Shown here piece after piece: positions 57,097 through 64,000 of a DNA stretch of 64,000 bases. Under the pieces are notes generated by a model. It made no database searches. It worked only from the letters and a program-made list of their open reading frames with translations, and was not told where the DNA came from. This stretch comes from Eledone cirrhosa (lineage: Eukaryota), in contig OZ024741.1 of the NCBI GenBank assembly GCA_964016885.1, positions 303,924,001 through 303,988,000 of the forward strand, read 5' to 3'. The translations under genes were made by a program, and so were the position numbers. Positions within the stretch are counted from its first letter, which is position 1, and the number at the start of each line of letters is the position of its first letter.

Positions 57097-57704
57097 TGTC
57101 GTGTGCATCACCTCTTTTTCTTTTTTTTTTTAGTCCTTTTCTATAAGTTTACTCAGCTGTAGAAATGAGTTGTGACCCTGCCAAATCAATGGGTGGCAGT
57201 AGTTCCAGCTGCACGCATTGAAAGACTGGTGTAGTGGTTCTGAGAACAATGCGGCTTTGCAGATGATCAATGCAAATTGACAATGGAAAGGCGCTCCTGC
57301 TCGAGTTAGAAGAGAACTATTGACCTTCAGGAGAAGCAGTGACCCCTGATTGTATTCAGCAACAGAAACAAATATGAAGTACACCAAATCCAATGCTCCT
57401 AGGAGCGGCCCTAGTTCTTCTTATTTGGGAGTGTAAACTCGGCCAGATTAGATTAGATTCTATAAGTGTAGGAATCTGGTTTGAGGGAGAATTGTCTGTT
57501 GTTTCTAGCAAGTCGTTAGACAATGTAGAAATACCTTAACTGGGGTTTTCTTCAAAAGAGTTCAGAGGAATGGATGGATATGTGAAAGTACCTTTATGAG
57601 CATGTTGACTTTTTTTGTAGGGTGCGGGATGGCGGTGGAGATAATATAAACACACTTTTATAGTATTGTGTGCTTATCGGGAGTACTTCTGATAGTGTGG
57701 CGTA

Positions 57705-58960
57705 GTGTGTGTGTGTTTGTATATGTGTGAGTGTGTGTGTGTGTGTATTCATCTATGTCTGTGTATGTTTGTAAGCGTATGTATGGGTGTGTATGTGCGT
57801 CAATGTGTATGTATATGTTTGTGTGTGAGTGTATATGTGTATATTCATCTATGCGTGTGTATGTTTTTATGCGTATGTATGGATGTGTGTGTATGTATGT
57901 GCGTCTATGTGTATGTATATGTTTGTGTGTGAGTGTATGTGTGTATATTCATCTATGCGTGTGTATGTTTGTATGCGTATGTATGGGTGTATGTGTGTGT
58001 GTATGTGCATCTATGTGTATTTATATATTTGTATGTGCGTGTGCATGTTTCTATGCGTATCTATGTGTGAGTGTATGTGTGTATATTTGTATGTGTATGT
58101 ATGTGTGTATGTGTCTGAGTGTCTATGTGTGTGCATATGTTTGTGTGTACGTGTGCGTATGCGTATGTATAGGTGTATGTGTGTGTGCGTACGTGTGCGT
58201 GATTGTGTGCATATGTATGTGTGTGTATGTATGTATGTATATGTTGTGTATATGTGTGCGTGTTTGTATGCGTAGGTATCTGTGTAAGTATATGTGTGTA
58301 TGTGTCTATGTGGGTGTATATATTTGTGTGTGCTTGTATACGCATATATGAGTGTGAGTGTATGTGTGTTTATTCATGCATGTCTGTGTATGTTTGTATG
58401 AATAAGTATGGGTGTATGTGTATGCGTGTATGTGTGTGTATATGTTTGTATGCGTATGTATGGGTGAATGGGTATGTGTGTGTCTACGTGCGTGTATATG
58501 TGCGTTTGTATGGGTATGTCAGTGTGTGTGTATGTATGTGTGGGCCTATCTGTGTGTCTATGTGTGTGTCCTTCTATGTTTGTGTGTGTCCTTGTATGTA
58601 TGTGTGTCTATGTGTGTGTCCTTATATTTGTGTGTATGTGTGTGTCCTTGTATGTATGTGTCTGTGTGTGTGTCTATGTGGGTGTCTTTGTATATGTGTG
58701 CCTATGTGTGTGTCTATGTGTGTGTCCTTGTATATGTGTGTGTGTCTTTGTATGTGTATGTGTGTGTCCTTGTACGTGTGTGTGTGTCTTTGTATTGTGT
58801 CTATGTGTGTGTCCTTGTGTGTGTGTCTATGTGTGTGTCCTTGTATGTGTGTGTGTGTCTTTGTATGTGTGTGTATGTGTGTGTATGTGTGTGTATGTGT
58901 GTGTCTATGTGTGTGACCTTGTATGTGAATCTGTGTGTGTGTGTGTGTGTGCTATTATGT
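57705..58960. repeat. Degenerate (GT/AT) low-complexity array with higher-order units
   Basis: Recurrent gtatattcatctatg and tgtgtccttg units. Confidence 0.9.
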
Positions 58961-59168
58961 CAATGTGTTATGTAGGTGTTAATATGGAGAAGTAGAAAAA
59001 GAATGGCGTCGGATAAAATACCATTGTGGAATTTGATCTACTTCTTTATAATCTGAGATCAAATCCCAGGTTAACTTCTCCTCTACCTTGTACCTTTGTT
59101 CCAGGCCTTAGTGTATCGCGTGGAATTATTGACCTCTATCAGTTCTTCTCTATGACGTTGTTCTAGAC

Positions 59169-59331
59169 CAGGGTTTCCCAAACTTTTTCAAATGCGGAAC
59201 CCTTTTTGGTTCAGAAACTTTTGGGGGAACCCCAAAATCTAATTCTGGTTGTGATATAAATATACTTCTCTACTTTTTTTTTTCACGGATCTCCAGGCAC
59301 TCCTTTGTGGAATCCACTTTGGGAACCTCTG
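59169..59331. mobile_element. hAT (Charlie-like) MITE
   Basis: TIRs CAGGGTTTCCCAAA / TTTGGGAACCTCTG; flanks TTCTAGAC / GACTAGAT share the CTAGA core. Confidence 0.7.
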
Positions 59332-59429
59332 GACTAGATAAAGTGAGGTGATTTTGATGGAATACCAGCTTTTGCTCATACATGCCAGTTTCCCCTCTCC
59401 GTACCACCGATATTGCCCAAGACAATGGC

Positions 59430-60820
59430 AGTAACTATAACAACAATAACAACAACAACAACAACAGCAGCAGCAGCAGCAAAAAAAACAACAACAACAA
59501 AAACAATAACAACGACAGCAGCAACACCAAAATCAAAAACAATAACAACAACAACGTCAACGACGACACCAACAACAACAATAACAATTACAACTACAAC
59601 AAAAATGTCATCAGCTTTAACAGAGAGCAATAACAATACAACAACAACAATAATAACATCATTATCATCATTAACAATAATAATTACAATAAAAGCATCG
59701 CCATCAACAACAATAACAACAACAACAACAACAACAACAACAAACACAACAGCAACAACAACAACAACAATGACAACAGCGCCAACAACAACAAACACAA
59801 CAGCAACAACAACAAAAATGACAACAGCACCACCAACAACAGCAACAACAACAACAGCAACAACAACAACAGCAACAACAACAATGACAACAGTGCCAAC
59901 AATAACAGCAACAACAACAACAGCAACAACAATGGCAACAGCAACAACAAAAATGACAACAGCACCACCAACAACAACAACTATAATAACAACAGCACCA
60001 CCAACAATTACAACAGCAACAACAACACCAACAACAATAACGACAACAATGACAACAGCAACAACAACACCAACAACAATAACGACAACAATGACAACAG
60101 CACCACCACCAACAACAACAACAACACCAACAACAACGACAACAGTAACAACAACACCACCAACAACAGCAACAACAACAACGACAACAGTAACAACAAC
60201 ACCACCAACAACAGCAACAACAACAACGACAACAGTAACAACAGCACCACCAACAACAGCAACAACAACACCAACAACAACAACGACAACAGTAACAACA
60301 GCACCACCAACAACAGCAACAACAACACCAACAACAACAACGACAACAGTAACAACAGCACCACCAACAACAGCAACAACAACACCAACAACAACAACGA
60401 CAACAGTAACAACAGCACCACCAACAACAGCAACAACACCACCAACAACAGCAACAACAACACCAACAACAATAACGACAACGGTAACAACAGCACCACC
60501 AACAACAGCAACAACAACACCAACAACAACGACAACAGTAACAACAGCGCCAACAATAACAGTAACAACAACAAACAACAGCAACAACAACAACAACAAC
60601 AGTAACAACAACAAACAACAGCAACAACAACAATGACAACAACAGCAACAACAACAATGACAACAACAGCAACAACAACAATGACAACAACAGCATCAAC
60701 AACAATGACAACAACAGCAACAACAACAACAACGACGACACGACGACAACAACAACAACGACAACAGCAACAACAACAATGTCAACAGTGCCAACAACAA
60801 CATCAACAACAACAATAACC
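59430..60820. repeat. (ACA)n-derived compound minisatellite with a 54-bp higher-order unit
   Basis: Repeats translating as TTVTTAPPTTATTTPTTT near 60230-60420. Confidence 0.9.
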
Positions 60821-62080
60821 ACAGATGGGATGTTATTAAAGTAGCCAGCCCCAACCGTCTGCTGTGTTCCCATATAGTACTGATAAGTAAGTATGTGTTT
60901 AAATGGCGAGGCAGACACTTGTTGAAGTCATCGCCACAATGACATGTGAGATACTTGTAATATTGAGGTGCTGAGTACTCTCAGCTCCCATATAATGGGG
61001 GTGGGGAGAAGTCGGGTGCGGGTGGAAAATCGATAATATTTCTAGCTATCCTAAGGTATCTTCTTCTCCTTCTTTTCTTCTTTTCTTCGACTTTCCCCTC
61101 TCCTTCAAATTTCTGGCCTTGTGCCTCAAGTAGAAACAATTGTTGGTTGATTGGCAGTATCGGTAGAGGGTCGGACGCCATGCTTTGACGCATAGAGTTA
61201 CGGCCCTTGCCATTCTGAGTTCAAACCCCGCCGAGGTTAACTTTGCCTTTCATCCTTAAGGGGTCGATAAAATAAAGTACCACTAATGCACTGGTGAATT
61301 ATTATGGATTGGCAGTATCGGTAGAGAGTCGGACGCCATGCTTTGCAGCATAGAGTTATGCCCCTTTGTGGTCTGACTTCAAATCTCACCGATGTATGTG
61401 GGGCCCTCCAAACCTGAAATGCTCCTCCCCCATCGAAGGTCTAAATCCAACCCTGGACACTACCAGTGTTAAAATGTGCAAGAGATATCGTATGTCACTA
61501 CTGTGACCCTACAACTCCACAACATTATTCAACTCGGACACCATGCTTTGTAGCATAGAGTTATGACCCTTTATGATCATAGTTCAAATTCCGCCGAGGT
61601 TAACTTTGCCTTTCATCCTTACGGGCTCGATAAAATAAAGTACCAGTAATACACTAGGATAATTACTGGCCTTGTGCCAAAAGTAGAAACAATTATTATT
61701 CCCTTCTTCTTCGTTTTCTTTATCTTCTTCTTTGACCACTTATTCCTGACAGGGTCGTGGGGGCAGGGCCCTCAAACACTCCTTCCAGCGAGTCCTGTCA
61801 GAAGCAACCACCTCCAACTGATCCGGCTAGATCGCCAAGCGTGAACAACCATCTTGTTCGGGGTCTACCCCTTGGTCTCCTAAAGGAATCCACAAACTGT
61901 ATAAAACCTGTACCACATCAAACTGTATTAACATAACATAACTGTATTAACATAACATTCTTGAAAAGTACAAAACAACATATGACTTCATCACATACTC
62001 TCGGGTCCCAAATAGGGATTTGAACTCGGAGGGATTTGAACTCAGAATATAAAAAAAATACAGAATAAATACTGCAGTTG

Positions 62081-62202
<122 letters not shown>

Positions 62203-62300
62203 CCTATTTTTTAGAAGAAATCGGTTGTGTTCATACCTGGAGAGGGATAACGCCAATATGACCCATAAATACATACATACATATATACATACATACATGC

Positions 62301-62331
<31 letters not shown>

Positions 62332-62556
62332 CATACATACATACATACATACATACATACAGTGGCGGACTGGCCAGGTCGTCAGCTTGCTTGATGGCAA
62401 GTGGACCCCTCAGGGGTCCACGGTAGTACTTTAGGAGCCAATACAAAAACGTTACTTTCAAAGTAAATATCAGAAGTCTTAAACAAAGAATAAAAAAATT
62501 AAGAAAAACAAATACAATAATTAAGCATATTATGGTCGACTTTTACATGAGTTTTA

Positions 62557-62631
<75 letters not shown>

Positions 62632-62762
62632 GATAAATCTACCAAGAGTTTACGGTAGTGTCCAATCCGTATGAAGAACTCAATGTATTCCGGATATCAT
62701 GGAAAGAAGAGATGCAATGAAAAATCACTTTCGGTGAAAGATAAACGGAATACAGAGTCAAG

Positions 62763-63117
62763 ATAAAATATTAAAAAAATAATGAATAAAACAATGAAAC
62801 AGTTCCTTATATTAAACAAAAAAAGTTCATTATTTAACGATCGTTTCTAGGATATATATGTGTTAGAATTGGCATGCATATTCAACTATGTACAAAATTA
62901 TACAAAATTATACAAACTATCAAGATGGCATATATGTGTGTTTGGTATGTATATTTAATCTTGATAGTTTGTATAATTTTGTATAATTTTGTACATAGAT
63001 CTGTTGAATATGCATGCCAATTCTAACACATATATATCCTAGAAACGATCGTTAAATAATGAACTTTTTTTGTTTAATATAAGGAACTGTTTCATTGTTT
63101 TATTCATTATTTTTTTA

Positions 63118-63126
<9 letters not shown>
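62763..63126. repeat. Inverted repeat, arms about 165 bp with a 31-bp spacer
   Basis: 62763-62926 versus 62958-63126; contains GAAACGATCGTT. Confidence 0.9.
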
Positions 63127-63156
<30 letters not shown>

Positions 63157-63302
63157 AATAGGATTTATCTTCAAGCATAGCTTTATACAATATGTATAAA
63201 TATTTCGTATCTCCAAAGAAATACGGTTTTAGGAAGCCGTAGCTATGCAAACAACGGCGGGCTAACGCCCTCCGGTGATGTCCAGCAGAAGCACGGGGGA
63301 CA

Positions 63303-63346
63303 ACCGTCTATGCATTTCAGGCTTAACTGGCCATCGTCAGGACGGT
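63303..63346 (-). ncRNA. Minimal type I hammerhead ribozyme
   Basis: ACCGUC CUGACGA UGGC-caguuaa-GCCU GAAAUGCAUA|GACGGU; 6-bp helix I; palindromic AUGCAU helix III. Confidence 0.8.
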
Positions 63347-63459
63347 CCCTCCCACAGCTTGCGACTGCTGGACTAGAAGACAAGCGAGAATATATAGTTT
63401 TCTCGTCTGTGTACATATTGTATAAAGCTATGGTTGAAGCGAAATCCTATTTCTTTTAT

Positions 63460-63496
<37 letters not shown>

Positions 63497-64000
63497 TGTT
63501 ATACTTTGGGAGGGTCATGCTACCAATAAAAACACACACACCTGTTGGTTTTCACTTCAATTCATTATAAATGTATGACAAAGTTCCGGTTGGTTGGCTG
63601 GTTCGTATTACTGGTACTTTATTTTATCGACCCCGTAAGGATGAAAGGCGCAGACCGTACATAGAAAATGCGTGCAGAATATATATAAAAAAAGAAGGAA
63701 TGTGTATGCATATGAGATAGTCCACAAAAGAAGTATGAGATACACACGTGGGTCTGTATACGGAAAATACATGAGGTGTTACAAAATGGAATGCATGGAG
63801 AGTATGCACTCTCTGCTGAAAAGATACACATGCAGGGGGGTGCGTGGACAGGCCATACTGGAGTATGTCACTGTGGTTGAGGTATAGTGTCTTATTGGTG
63901 TAAGGCACTGAACTGAATATCAATGGAATCCAGGTCAACCTGTCCCGGCTCAGACGATGTTTTTGCCTAGGGTGACGTGCAGAGTCGGGTAGGCATCCTG

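Noticed and set aside
63035-63062. Hammerhead at GAAACGATCGTT
   Set aside because: Palindromic helix III-like half is present but no CUGANGA upstream; at most a remnant

Overview
Eukaryotic, AT-rich, microsatellite-saturated genomic DNA. Its repeat content resembles a coleoid cephalopod such as Octopus (inference). One host gene is supported: a two-exon Ptf1a-family bHLH gene (CDS 32488-33163 + 49783-49952, about 281 aa, 16.6-kb phase-1 intron), with a candidate E-box/TATA promoter behind a 3.2-kb (CAC)nAAA satellite. The rest is mobile DNA: a near full-length but frameshifted L1/Tx1-type LINE plus two truncated relatives, R4/Dong-like restriction-endonuclease LINE fragments, degraded RTE LINEs and RTE-tailed non-autonomous elements, Penelope-like (GIY-YIG) remnants, two tRNA-derived SINE families, hAT and Tc1-type MITEs and a non-autonomous Helitron. 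Two hidden layers stand out. (1) At least ten hammerhead-ribozyme motifs sit in small non-coding elements embedded in (TA)n tracts, including a retrozyme-like pair 463 nt apart. (2) Retroelement families are partitioned by microsatellite: Tx1 in (GATA)n, R4-like and RTE-derived elements in (CATA)n/(ATGT)n, hammerhead elements in (TA)n. Most ORFs in the supplied track are translations of simple repeats. All coordinates were read by eye and repeat boundaries are approximate.
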